Source: Azolla caroliniana
Lineage: Eukaryota > Plantae > Polypodiophyta
NCBI GenBank assembly: GCA_043228905.1
Contig: JBHGNT010000011.1
Location: forward strand, 18,166,001-18,230,000
Length of the DNA stretch: 64,000 nt
Direction of reading: 5' to 3'
The notes below the pieces were generated by a model. The model did not search any database. It was given only the letters and a program-made list of their open reading frames with translations, and was not told where the DNA came from. The translations under genes and the position numbers were made by a program. This document shows, piece after piece, positions 16,101-28,210 of this stretch (position 1 is the stretch's first letter; every line of letters starts with the position of its first letter).

Positions 16101-16719
16101 GGCAGCGATTGTCACCGGAGATGTTCCTTTGACAGCTGTTCAATTACTTTGGGTTAACCTAATAATGGATACATTGGGTGCTTTGGCATTGGCCACAGAG
16201 CCACCAACTGATGAGCTTCTTGAAAAATCACCTGGCCGTCCCACTGACCCGCTTGTTACAAATGTTATGATAAGAAACCTACTTCTACAAGCCATCTATC
16301 AAGTCACTGTGCTCCTCACACTGCAGTTCAGAGGTAAAGAGTTGCTGAGACTGAAGGGAAATGATGCAAGTGACGTTAATAACACTGTTATATTCAATGC
16401 CTTTGTTTTGTGCCAAGTATTCAATGAAGTGAATGCAAGAAATCCAGAGAAGGTGAACATATTCAAAGGACTTCTGAAAAATAGGCTCTTCATCGGCATA
16501 ATTGTGGGCACTGTTGTGCTCCAAGTAGTGATTGTAGAGTTCCTCAACAAGTTTGCCTCCACAGTGAAGCTGAGTTGGGAGCTGTGGCTAGTGAGCATAG
16601 GGATAGGGTTTGTAAGTTGGCCACTTGCCTTTCTAGGAAAATTCATTCCTCTACCCCAAAAGCCTCTCTTGCTGGGGCTTCATCGTTTCAAGCCTTGTTG
16701 TGGTGAAGATGACACATAG
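13153..16719 (+). CDS. ACA: Autoinhibited P2B-type Ca2+-transporting ATPase, intronless
   Basis: One uninterrupted ORF with TGES, PEGLPL, DKTGT (phospho-Asp), KGAAE, TGDN and GDGTND motifs and a 10-TM pattern. N-terminal calmodulin-binding-like segment ATRRFRYT..RLRIATHAIRAIARF. First ATG at 13153; an alternative with better context (gccATGG) at 13243. Confidence 0.95.
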   Translation: MDSIMSHLFILHSSTSLPPPPLGSPCSILAMAPDLPNEFHLHREDVLATSQSPLLTNNQILLVHSDGNSELLASDQRDTLMNIYDSIHVPPPCPRKKHSLVRNATRRFRYTNDTQTGGNVRDNRLLPGHRLRIATHAIRAIARFQQPVLNNINHDTFHGDVPRKCSPAASYSGIEISTFGYGGVSAPSSRNCTHTCSIHSLGGYGLDEPHEISQVEKESKTQSRSPLSTPPIPTTPAILVDKLASLLQNRSQTELSTLGGVQGVAALLQSRIDTGIDDDPDLIRELKHKYGSNTYIRRPPKGFFSFLFDACRDPTLIILIVCALLSLGFGIKSHGIAEGWYDGASILFAVMLVVLVTSISDYRQSLQFLVLNEEKRNIQVHVIRGGRRMRVSIFDLVVGDKVYLSIGDQVPADGLFVDGHSLQLDESTMTGESEPVHISDTMPFLMSGCKVEDGYGTMLVTSVGMRTEWGKIMAQLEEDMGEETPLQVRLNAIATFVGQIGLSVALIVFVILFVFYFTGHKAGSNGTGYFKAHKTSITSALNSVVDIFAIAVTIVVVAVPEGLPLAVTLSLAYAMKKMMVDRALVRRLSACETMGSATTICTDKTGTLTLNLMTVVKVCIDERVWNAEQVGAMIGFNSLLYGLLLEGISHNSAASVFMGDGGKEPEVSGSATEKAVLVWGLKLGMDFYKERSGSRILQVETFNSVKKRAGVALRSVASRDVHVHWKGAAEILLDESDKMLDSDGSTVIITSERRQKLLRVIEAMASESLRCIAFGYMELDPDEVPSGEQLEVWKIPEGPLTLLAIIGMKDPCRPGVPEAVHKCQQAGIMVRMITGDNLATAKAIATECGIFKQEYQAVDGPTFRSYSDSEREARVPNICVMARSSPSDKLLMVLTLKRMGEVVAVTGDGTNDSPALHAADVGLAMGIQGTEVAKESSDIIILDDNFATVVKVVRWGRSIYVNIQKFIQFQLTVNVAALTINFVAAIVTGDVPLTAVQLLWVNLIMDTLGALALATEPPTDELLEKSPGRPTDPLVTNVMIRNLLLQAIYQVTVLLTLQFRGKELLRLKGNDASDVNNTVIFNAFVLCQVFNEVNARNPEKVNIFKGLLKNRLFIGIIVGTVVLQVVIVEFLNKFASTVKLSWELWLVSIGIGFVSWPLAFLGKFIPLPQKPLLLGLHRFKPCCGEDDT

Positions 16720-17974
16720 CAAAATTTCTTTGCTCTGTTTTTCCCTTTCTTTTCCATACATACATACATACATATATATATATATAAGGATGGTAGTTGT
16801 AAGCTAGTTTCATTCTTTTTCTTTTTTGCATTGATACATAAAAGCACAACCCCAAGTGTTTGCATAAATGGATGTATTATTTATTAAGAAATTGAACTAT
16901 ATCACAGATGTGGCCCTAAAATGATTTTTCTAGATATTACAAATATTTGTTGATGAGAAGATTTAGTACTGATTTAGTATTGACAAGACCTGCATGACCT
17001 AAACAGTTTTCTCTCACAAACTTGTTCAGAGTGTGTAACAGACACGCTACTTCAATTTACTGAGGGCTGAATAATGTGTGATTCATCAGTCTTGCAAATT
17101 TCCTGTATGCTATTATGCATGTTTGGCTCAAAGACACCTTAAGCTACCATGAAACCAATTCCCCTCCAATATCTAAATATTGCCGTCTTCTTACTCGGAA
17201 AGGTATCTGGAATGGTATGGAGTCTATGTTTGTCTTGAATGTCTTGTGCAAAATTGCTACTGTGAGGTGAATGTCAGTTTAGATCCCAACCTTTTTGGTG
17301 GTTTGTTACTTTCTTCTTGAAGATGGTCTTTAATGATGTTGATACAACTACAGTACACGAGCAAATGGTTCACCTTTCAAAGACAACGAGGGAAGCATAG
17401 TCAATTTAGTATTCCTTGTTAACCTTAAACAAATAGGTCCCCTCAAATAATACACATCTATGCTCTAAGAACCTTTGTTTCTCATTTAATCTGGATGTTC
17501 AGCTCACCTTGACTGTCATGCCATGGGAATGTTGTCATTAGTGTTCTGTCACAGAAAATATACTGTTATGCATACCAACCATGTTTTCTTGCAGATTCCT
17601 TCATTTCAATAGGCTGATTTGTTCTTCATGTCAGTTGTTTATGTCTTATCTTATCAACTGATGAGTTTTGCTCCACTTTGTGGATACATCTTTCGTTAAC
17701 ATGTGTCATGATTTGCTGATATCAATATACTGATAACTGACAACTTTGAGATGTCAACAAGTTTCCTGCATATTATTTATTCAAAAACTCCAACCCAGGC
17801 ATTTTACAATGAGGAGTGCATTTTCTATCAATGACCTCACAGATATTATGTACATGATTGTGCTAGAATTTTGTGACACACGATTTAAACACATCCAAGA
17901 TCAATAAAAATACCACGGAAAGATATCATCTAAATGCAACACAATGTCACTTCTCTATCTATTCAGCACATGAG

Positions 17975-18290
17975 ATACAGCTAAACTGCAAAATAACTAG
18001 GTATGGAGCGCTGTTCATTTTACATGAGATTATTTTCTTCCTTCCACCAAATAAATTTGATTTTTGGTGGAAATCCAATTTGATTTAACATAACAAAGCT
18101 CTTGAATAACGTCTCCAGACTTTGTACATTCGAGATTACAGTCAGATGAACTGCAAAATAAGTAGATTTGGAGCAGTGCTCATTTTGCATTAGATTATTT
18201 TCTTCCTTCTTTCTACCAAATAAATTTGATTATAGGTGAGAATCCAGCTTGATTTCATATGACAAAATTCTTGAACAATGCCCTTAGAGT
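17975..18290. repeat. Diverged ~150-bp direct duplication between the ACA and ADT-like 3' ends
   Basis: 'aactgcaaaataa..ggagc..cattt..agattattttcttcctt..ccaaataaatttgatt..' occurs at ~17975-18120 and again at ~18141-18290. Confidence 0.8.
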
Positions 18291-18466
18291 CGATTAAAAT
18301 AGCCATATAATGTAGACACAAAAATACTGAACTAAAGATGTTCAGACAGTTGTAAACAGAAAAACTTAGGTAAAGATGTACAAATAATGGCTGCTATGTG
18401 ATCATGAGCAAAACAACCAACTCTTTGACATGGGATGAATATATTGTGTGCCATATTGACAAACTA

Positions 18467-20985
18467 TCAAGACCTAACAAACACAGGGCGAGGTGATGCA
18501 AGGGGTGCCATGTGAGCAGATGGGAAGTCTACGGGGGCAGATTGTGTGATCGTTGGATAACTGCCAAGAACACGCATGAAGCATGAATGTTGTTGAAGTT
18601 GAGAAAGGGCATTTTGTGCATTTCGAGTAGCTGTGGAGCCTTTGAAATCAACAAAGACCACATATTGGAATTTGAAGTTAGAAGAAGGGTTGGTCTTGAT
18701 AAGGGGCTGGTTCCGCCATGGTCGACTCTCAACCTTACTAACATGGATTCCACGGAAAGCAAAAGCTGCCATTACTTTGTGGAGCGATCCTAGACCATCG
18801 GGAAACACTAGGGCGACAGTGGTCTTGTATGTAGAATCATCTCCTGGGGTGGTTGATAAAGAGGAGTCTGTACCGCTTGAAGAGAAGGAGGCTGGTGAGG
18901 GGAGAATGGCATCTCTAGCAAGCACCCAAAAGCGTGATGTGATAACCTGCATAGACAAGGTTTCCAGGGTGATGATAATTTCAGAAAAGCTGGAACACAG
19001 ATTTCTCAGTACTTTTCACATCGATTCCCATAATACTGGGTTGAGGCTAACATTGCTCAAACTTTTACACTGATTCCCACATTGCTTGCCATTTTCACAT
19101 CGTGATTCACAGATTGCTGATTCCAACCTAGCACTGCTATTTCCATATTGTGTTTTACACATTGTGAAATCCAGCAATACCATTTTCACAGTGTGATTCA
19201 TAGGCTGCAGCATTGAACCTAACATTTCCACTTTTACAGAAAGATTCCAACATGGCAGATTTGGATCTAGAAATATGTTCTTTTGTAGGTTTGGGCAGGG
19301 GGGTCTCACCTAGCTCTGTATCTGCATGCTCTGCCTCATTACCAATATCACATTACCCTTGATATACATGATATAAGATGTTGATAGGATAAGGTTTTAT
19401 TGTTCTGAAATCGACTCAAACCTAGATGAAATTTACCTCGAATATAAAAGGGGTTTCTCTGCTGGTGCTGCACAAAATCTAATCCTATCAGAGTCCAAAA
19501 ATTGTTCCAAAGTGCAAAACTTCCTATTTTTGGACTCTGATAGGATTAGAATGAGTAAGCAAAACTTTTGTAGGAAATAGGAAATTTTTGCTTACTCATG
19601 CTAACCCACATACATATTCTACAATTTATATACCACCTTATAGAAGAAAGTCCATTGCTAGATTGAATTCCTATCTCGATGAAATCTTCGCTTAGTCATT
19701 CCAAGTCATATGAAAGTTTGGCCACCTCATGGAAACCAATATGATTATTCTGCTAACCCATATAATTTGTTCTCTCACTTATTTGATCCATGTTATCTCA
19801 ATCCAATGGTTAACCTAATCCATGTTTCTCATGCCAATGTCCATGAGTTTTGGCTACCCGTAGATCAAATTTGTTAGTTGATCCAACCCTTATGAAAATA
19901 TTGCTAACTGATCCAATCCATGTTAAACACATTCCAGTGGAAATGTTAAATAATTCTAACCCATTATTATGTGTTATTATCTATACGAAATCTCTACCAA
20001 CCATTCCAACCCATAGGTAACTCATTATAATTGATATTCCAATCCATGGCTAACTCATTGCAATGGGCAAGTACTTCTTTCTGGCTGACACATTCCAACA
20101 CACAGGAAATTTCTTGCACTATTCCCATGATTCCGATCTATAGAAATTATTTGCCCACCTAAATTTAAACCCATTTGAAATTTTTATTGAACCTCATTCC
20201 ACATACTAAATTTGTGCTTACTCATACAAAACCATAACAAGTAACTCAACAGATAGAAGATGCAAACAGTGGAATTTAAAGGTTCAAAAGGAGATGCATA
20301 AATGACTTGCCTGGTCAGTCGCCGATTCGAGGATATGGTCATGAACTTGGATGAGCTCGCCAACAATATGGAACTTGTTTCGGAGGAGGAGATCATAGGT
20401 TCGGTGTCTCGTTCCATTCATAGAATTCTCGACCGCAAGAAGCGCCCGATCAACTTTCCCTGATTGGAGCGCACCGAGCACCGCCTCGGATTGCGGATAC
20501 TCTATCGAAAATGACTCTGGAAAAAAATAGCTTTTTCCCAGTGCTTTCGTGACAGTAGGGGTACTTGCCACATTACAACCTTGCTTAATAAAAGCATCTT
20601 TGGACATAATTGAGGGCCCAAAGTTCACAGAGACTTGCAATTGCTGTTCTTTTCGAAACTGTTCTAGTTTCCATATGTGTTCTTTCCCTTCTTCTACGAT
20701 CCAAGGCAGGCGAGGGGTCTTCGCTTCCTCGATGATAGATCGGAGGATCTCGACAGCCGGATTGCTTGTGGAGGCAGAAATTCCACGGGGGGTCGCAAAG
20801 GGGGCATTACTGAAAGTATTCATGTTGTTGCTATTGTTCGAAAGGGGTGATCGTCCATGGCTATCTCGAGCTATGTCAAGGTGAGCCAAGTGTGGCTTTG
20901 TGCTTCGCTTCAAATCCTCTTCGGCATCCTTGGATAGCATAGCTGCAGGTTGGGATGGAGAAGAAAAATCAGGGCTTGGATTCAT
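18467..20985 (-). CDS. ADT: Arogenate/prephenate dehydratase-like protein with an internally deleted PDT domain and intact ACT domain, 2 exons, ~384 aa
   Basis: Exon 1 (20985-20311) contains DRALLAVENSMNGTRHRTYDLLLRNKFHIVGE. The donor is AG|GCAAGT (GC type) and the acceptor is TATGCAG|G at 18947/18946, both phase 0. Exon 2 (18946-18467) contains SRFWVLARD..KTTVALVF..LHKVMAAFAFRGIHVSKVESRP..FQYVVFVDF..AQNALSQLQ..FMRVLGSYP. Confidence 0.8.
19478..19599. repeat. Two adjacent perfect inverted repeats inside the ADT-like intron
   Basis: 25-bp arms at 19478-19502 and 19526-19550; 14-bp arms at 19551-19564 and 19586-19599. Confidence 0.85.
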
Positions 20986-21015
20986 TCTTGCACAACAGAG
21001 AGAAGATCAAAGAGA

Positions 21016-21207
21016 GGAGGATCAAATGGAAGAAGAAGAAGGGGTGAATTTTCAAAAGAAGAACACTTAACCAAACATGAAGGGGCAGGGCAGGGTCCTG
21101 TTATAGTAAGAAGAAGAAGAGAAGGGAAGGATCAAATAGAAGAAGAAGAAGAAAAAGGGGTGAATTTTCAAAAAAGACAGCATGAAGGGGCAGGGCAGGG
21201 CCCTGTT
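21016..21207. repeat. Tandem ~100-bp duplication in the ADT-like 5' leader/promoter
   Basis: 'ggatcaaat..gaagaagaagaa..ggggtgaattttcaaaa..catgaaggggcagggcaggg.cctgtt' occurs twice. Confidence 0.85.
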
Positions 21208-24200
21208 TTAAATACATAGTATAGTAAGGATTCCTCTTTGACAAATTTCCTGTCTAGTTTTGATGGAGACCAGTCACAATTTGACTATGTCAAATCTGTG
21301 AGTGTAGTGTGTTCACATACATAATATATATCTGCTATATTGGCACAATACTACTTGCTTTTAATTGCCCACTTAATTACTTTAATTAACACCACATCAT
21401 ATTCATCAATTTCATAATTGTTTAGTTTGCAAACAACAAGCTAACTTATTGATCAATGTTGATCAGGGGTAAACATGTGTTGTAACACGATTCGTTATTT
21501 AAGCCACATGAGTTGTGAACCGATCCATTAATCAATAGACATACTTAAACCTTGGGGGTACTCTAGTTAAAAATGGAATTTTTACCACAATATGGTTTAT
21601 ATGTGTGTTAAGAAAATAGCCCACCATGGCTCAAAATGACCTATATATACTTGGTCATACCTTGGCATGTGAAAATTAAGATTAAAACACATTGGTATAG
21701 ATGAATTGCCCTAATTGATCAAATATTTACATATACGATTAGAACCTCAACTTTCACAAACCATGGCCTTGGGTATGTGCGTGTGTATGCAAAAGAACAA
21801 AGATATGTTGCGTTTTACCCATTCAAATGATGCGTTGAGAAACTACCGACTTTGGTCATTGCTTGTCTTTTCTAATTGCCATCAATGGCCAATGCTCATA
21901 AGAAATAACTTTACCAATGCTAATAATCCCTTGTTGTCAAAATGTTTTACTAACACATGTCAATGGATTTAAAGGTTTTTTATTTCATTAGAAAAACGAA
22001 TTAAGGACAATATTTTAACGAGCAAATGCAATGCTCCCAAGACATCTCTGAAAAGCCTAGTGTAATGTTGAGGAAAGGGAGTGTTGTTTGCATGTATTTT
22101 CTGTCCAATGAACTCATGAAAGTGTGTTAAATGTGTATAGATAAAGTTATGAATAAATTGCATACAATAACAACACGAGTTTGAATAGTTTTGGTACCAA
22201 AAAATGGAATTGATAATTGAATCATAAAATCGAATTCAAAACTTCTAAGTTGACAATACTTCTAGGGGTACATTGCAGGATTAGTTTCACATTCATCTAT
22301 CTATTATTAGTTTCAATGAACAATCCTGAATGGATGACCGTGTTTTAGTTAATAAACATGATGTTGTCATGGAGAAATTGAATGCTAATACACTAAACTT
22401 ACATGCTGAATGTTTCATAAACTTAAGCTTCTCAATGTCACAAGCAAAAACACTCTTCAAATTTTAGTGTGAATTCGAGTTAGTAAGTTGGGAATCGAAG
22501 TACTCAAGGCACCAACTACAATGATTATAGTCCAAGTGTGATATTCTTAAACAAACAATATGTATATCTTTTTTAAGGTATGGTTGAGGCATTAATTCAA
22601 TGATTTGATTTTTAGGGGATATCTTTAGCGAGAGTAAGCAAATCCCTTTGTAGTTAGACTTGGACCACCGTAAAAGGGATTGGTGAACCACAAAAGATAT
22701 TAAAGTGGCATTGTTTTAATTGAGGCAATTTTATTAAATTATCACTCAACATAATTAGATAAGCTAATTAATTACGATGCATACTAATTAGAATGAGCTA
22801 TAAGAAACTACAATGCTTTGTTTCCAACCTTATTATTATGATGTATTCTAAGAAAATAATTCTAATGAATTACAACAAACTAGCCAATTATGATGAAATG
22901 TAAGTAGAGGCTAGCAAATATTTACCTTAACGAACAAGCAATGATGAAACCTAACTTGATTTTTTATGCAATGTAATTAATGAAGACCGATTAATTGCAA
23001 TTATCCGAATTGAAATCATGTTTGTTATTTAAACCTTTTTATTTTTCACTTTTAGTGTAGTTCCCAACCTTACTCACACATATCGACTTTAGTATTATGA
23101 AAAATGTTTGGGATTATCAACACATATTATCCTTTGTTTGGGGAATTATCCATGTACAAGTGGATGCAAACTATTAAATTATTAAGATATCTTAGTGATT
23201 ATAAATACATGGATAGAAACAGACTCATTGGGCAACCCGCATGTTACTAACTTAATATGTACACTACCTTTTTTTATTTATAAAAGTAGTTTGTCTATAT
23301 ATTAAGCGATAGTGACAATATGATAAAGCATTTAGAGTCTACTAAAATAACGAGGACTTGATTGCAAAGCAAACCCTCTAAAGTGATGTAAGACCACCTG
23401 ACAAAAAGTTAACTCCTTTAGAGATAAGGTACCATAGAGTTCAATTACAAGAACTACCTTATCGATTATCTTTTAAAGCTATTGGAACTAAGACCATAAA
23501 ACAAGAACCTCATTCTCATACTACAATAGCATAGATCCCAATATCTAAGTATGAGTCTTTGAGCAATTATTGAAAGGGGGACTTTATCCCAATTATTGAC
23601 ACCCAAAACTATCCCCAAGGTTGTGGGGTAAGCATTTGAATGGCTTGAGCAATTGGGCATGTAAGGAATCTCTCTCAATCACACACTCTCCCTCTCTCTT
23701 GTAACTCACACTTACACTCATCTTTGTCTCTCTTAATCCATTTTCTCCCAAACAATATCTTTTTCTGTTTGATTTAAACAAATTTTCATTCTCAATTTGC
23801 TCTCTCCCACACATATATCATGTTTCTACTTTATTGACAATGTTAAAATTTGGTATCATCACTATTATCATATGGAGACTCTCTCGTTTTTTTTTGTAAA
23901 AGTAATATGTGTGTGTCTCTATATATATGAAAACATTGTGACAATGTAATAAAAAACATGTCCCCACTAGAACAATGAGGATCTTATGACAACTTAAAGC
24001 CTATGGGGTGTTGTGAGATCAACAGACACAATGATACTCCGTTTAGGACAAGGTACTTGTAGAGCTTAGTTGAGAAAATTGCCAAATAAAAAAGAAGTAT
24101 TTTTTTGGGTACTCCATGGGAACCATAAAGCAAAAGCCTATTTCTTATACTCCATAAGTACCATCTAATGCAATCAAATACAACCTTATACGATGGATTA

Positions 24201-27200
24201 TGGAATAGGTAACGCTTAGGCTATCTGAGCAAACAAAAAATCTCTATCTCAATTCTCTTTTTCACATATCAAAGAAAAAGTAAAAAAGACTGAAGGGCAT
24301 AGACATCAAATAGAGGGAGGGAGGGAGGGAGGGAGCCTGGAGAGAGGGGAACCTAGACAATTTGTCAGTTAATTGGTAAGGTTGTCTTGTTGGGAAAATA
24401 AGGTCTTGTGTTGAACCCCTACAAAAATTGAATCTCCACAAGTTCAAGAATCACACATTTCTCCAAATCATGACGATGTACATGCGTACCAACAAATATG
24501 AATAGGTGTTGCTAGTTGATCTCATATACTTTGAGCTCTTAGTTGGCCCCGGAAAATTTTAGTTGGGGTTGCCTCCCAAAAATAGTTGATGGATACTTTG
24601 GCGTGTTTGTTGCATATGCAAAAGTCATTGTTTGCTTTTTTCGTGTTATTTCTAAATGGGATCTCACTCATTGGTGTTTCACTAATATCAAGCCTTAGGA
24701 TAATTTTTCTGCCCACTTGTAGGCGCTTTGGCCAAGCTGATGAAACCCTTCTTCATATATTCTAGGTTGATCGTTGTTGAGAATCAAACTCAACTTCCCT
24801 AATGTGGGAACACACTCTAGTATCCTCAAGTGTGAACACCCCACCTTCTAATATAGTAACTAATGTGTCCTAGAACCTTAAAGTTCTATGACACATATTT
24901 AGTGTAGTTAAGTCTCCACCACTCTTTAGTAAGTGGTAGTTGTATAAAGAGAAGGTGACTACATAAGCACCTCTCTCCTCCTCTTTGTAATAGTTAGTTG
25001 TGTTCTCTCTCTCTCTCTCTCTGGTTCGATACATGTTAGAGCCCATCCCGTTATCTGTCATTCAAACCATTACTTCCATGTGACTTAGATCACATGCATT
25101 GTGATGTGAGACGGGGCATTGGGGCACAAGTGATGAGAGTGGCCGACAATGTACACTTTTCCCTAAACAAGTTCGAGAGTCTGAGTATCACATTTTGATA
25201 CAATGCTCTGCCTTTGATCATATTCAACCATGCTTTCCACATCTCTTCAACTGAGCCCAATCCCTGCACGAATTTCTCTCACAACCACAATGTGCACTCT
25301 CGGTTGCAACATTCATTGGCAAAGTTCTTGAACATCGAGAGTCACTACTCACTTTGTAATATTTTTGGTCTCATAGGTCATATTTGACCTCCGAAGACGA
25401 ATCGTAATATAATCTGTCTATCTATCTATCTATCTGGACTACACACACACACACACACACACATCCCTTCCACTGGACAGAATCCTAATTCTTTACATGG
25501 TATTAGAGTGATTGGTAGCTTGATCCAAGCTCATCGCCTTTGCATGTGTCGTGTCCAGCCTATGTTCACGAAGAACAGGCCGACCATTGTAGCAGCAACT
25601 TGCACAGTTCGTATCATAGAGAAGAAGAAGATTCAACATGAACACTAAGATGGGAAGCACTCTTCCCACCGAGAAACTCGACAGAAACAACTTTGCATCT
25701 TGGGAATACAAAATGCACCAATACCTTTTTGGCCAAGGCTATTGGGGTTATATCAAGGGAGCACAAGAAGCACAACCCAACCCAACACATGCCGACTACC
25801 CAGCTTGAGAGCAAGCGGCGAGTCGTGTGTTGTACTGCCTTGCATCATGCGTCCATGATCACATCCTTGGCTACATCCAAGAGGGCAGAACGCCAAAGGA
25901 GGCGTGGGGGAATCTCAAAAAGATATTCGTGGCCAATATGACCACAAGAAAGCTTCAACTCCGTCAAGAGTTGAACAACATACAACAGAGGGACAATGTG
26001 TCAATTGAGAACTACACCTTGAAGATCAAGGAGGTATGTGATGCCCTAGGGACAATCAAAGTCAACATCAACGACGATGAAATGGTGCACATATGCCTCG
26101 GTGGCTTAGCACCTCAGTTCGGAACGATAAGGTTAGCTGTCCTCAAGAGGGAGAATCCTCCCTCCTTCGATCTCCAGTCGATGCTACTAGTCGAAGAAAA
26201 TCATGTTCGGACAAGAAGCAATGTGCAAGAAGGACACATGTTCGAATTTCGATGGAGGAAGAGGACAAGGTCGGGGAAGAAGAGGCCGATTTGGCCAAGG
26301 CCGACATAACTAAGAACAAACCCGAGAACACAATTTCTACTACCAACAAGATGTGTCAAACGTGCGATGCGGAGCGTCTGGAAGAAGGGGGAACAATTAT
26401 GCCGGCCCCAACAGACAAAACAATTCCACCCCATGCGGATACTGTGGCAAATTTGGCCAGTATGAGGCAAAGTGTCACAAAAAGAAGAGTGAGTCGGCCT
26501 CCACTAAACCTCAAAATCCAACTACGACAATCGTGGCGGAATGTTCGTGATATGACATAGAGCGAATTCAATGACGACATCATGCCCGACAAAGCACGTC
26601 CAACTCAGAAAATGTATGGTCGATTTGGGTGCATTCAATCACATGACATCTCATAAAGATTGGTTTTGAGAATTGTGAAACCCCAAACAACCCAACTATG
26701 TGGAAACAGGGGATGACACAATCCACCCCATTCAGCATGTCGGAAATGTCCCCTTCAGCGAAGAAGGGAATCAGACCTACATCAGAAACGTCTGGCATAT
26801 TCCAACTATAACGAAGAATCTATCTCGGTCGGCCAGATCGTGGAACAAGGCATGCAAGTTCGATTCAACAACAATGACAACTTCATAAAAAAGGAAGGCT
26901 GAATTATCGCTCGAGGTCAAAGAGAAGGTCGAATATTCACCCTCGATTCTCATGAGATGAAATTGGCAATGTATGCCAAGGGCCGTAAGGCTGACACCGA
27001 CATAGAGTTGTGGCACAAATGAATTGACCACATCAATCTATAAAAGCTCAAAGGAATGCAATCGAAAGGAGTCATCATCGAACGACTGACTTTTACCGAA
27101 AAGGAGATTGCAGGCGTATGCGAAGCTTGTCAGTTCGGCAAACATCATCGTCAATCGTTCCTGAAAGAGAGAAACGTGTGCAAAGGTATCCTGGATGTAG

Positions 27201-27498
27201 TACATTCAGATGTATGGGGACAAGTCCAAACGGCTACATTCAGCGGATGCCGATATTATGTGACGTTCATTGATGACTTCTCCAGGTACACCTAGATCTA
27301 CCCTATGTGGCAGAAGAGCGAAGTGTTTGGAAACTTCCAAAAACTCAAAAATGAAGTCGAAAAGGCAACAGGTCGGCATGTCTGATGCCTTCGATCAGAC
27401 GGTGGTAAGGAGTATTTCTCCAATGCCTCCACAACATACCTTCGACAAGAAGGAATTCAATGGGAGTTCACCTACCGACACACACCTCAGCAAAACGG

Positions 27499-28137
27499 TG
27501 TCGAGGTATTCCTCGCGGATGCGTGGAATGAGGCGGGACCTCGGGGGTCCTGTACCGAAGAGCAAGAGAGAAAGGAGAAGAGGCCCACTACGTGCGAGCG
27601 TAGATTCACAGGGACACGGCCCTTCGACACAAAGACGCAAGTGGGACAGCGACACAGAGAGACACGAATGTATGTATGTATATGTTAACAAAGACAAACA
27701 ACAAGAAGCACGAAGTCGGTTACAACCGAATAGGCTGGCGAATAGATGCCGATGCCTGTTCGTGAATGCTCCGAAGGAAAGGAGTAGGTTGGAGGTGCTG
27801 CCGGAAGCACTCGGGCATTCCTCAGAGCAGCGCGAGCCTCCCGAAAACCTGCGCAGAAAGAAGCTATGGAGTATGGAAGAGAGAGAAGCCTTCGGCTGAC
27901 AACCTGACAACACTTCGTCCTCTCTAACCGCGATCCCTTCCTTCTCCTCGTCTCCCTCCTTTTATAGGCAAGAAGGGAGCCGTTTCCTATTAACTTCCTA
28001 CCTACCGAATCTACCTACCTAGGATCTTCCATGTCCCTAATTCTCTCTTATGTACAACACAAGGCGTACGTGCATGAAGAGCCGGTTCCTATGCTCCGGC
28101 GCACCGATTCCGCTCGTGGACGGTTTTCTTCACGACA
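27499..28137 (-). repeat. 3' LTR of the Trp-primed gypsy element
   Basis: Direct repeat of 33875-34513, with about 11 substitutions by eye. Preceded on the - strand by the PPT GGTTAGGTGGGGGCGGA (28154-28138). Confidence 0.95.
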
Positions 28138-28210
28138 TCCGCCCCCACCTAACCGCGCATCCACCGGCATGCGCCAAATTGAGTTGGGACGGAGAAAACC
28201 GGTCCAGCCT

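Noticed and set aside
19016-19360. Missing middle exon of the ADT-like gene
   Set aside because: The - strand frames examined show no SHPQAL, DTAGAA or AAIAS similarity.
24450-25400. Coding-like degenerate stretch on the - strand
   Set aside because: Interrupted by stops with no identifiable family.
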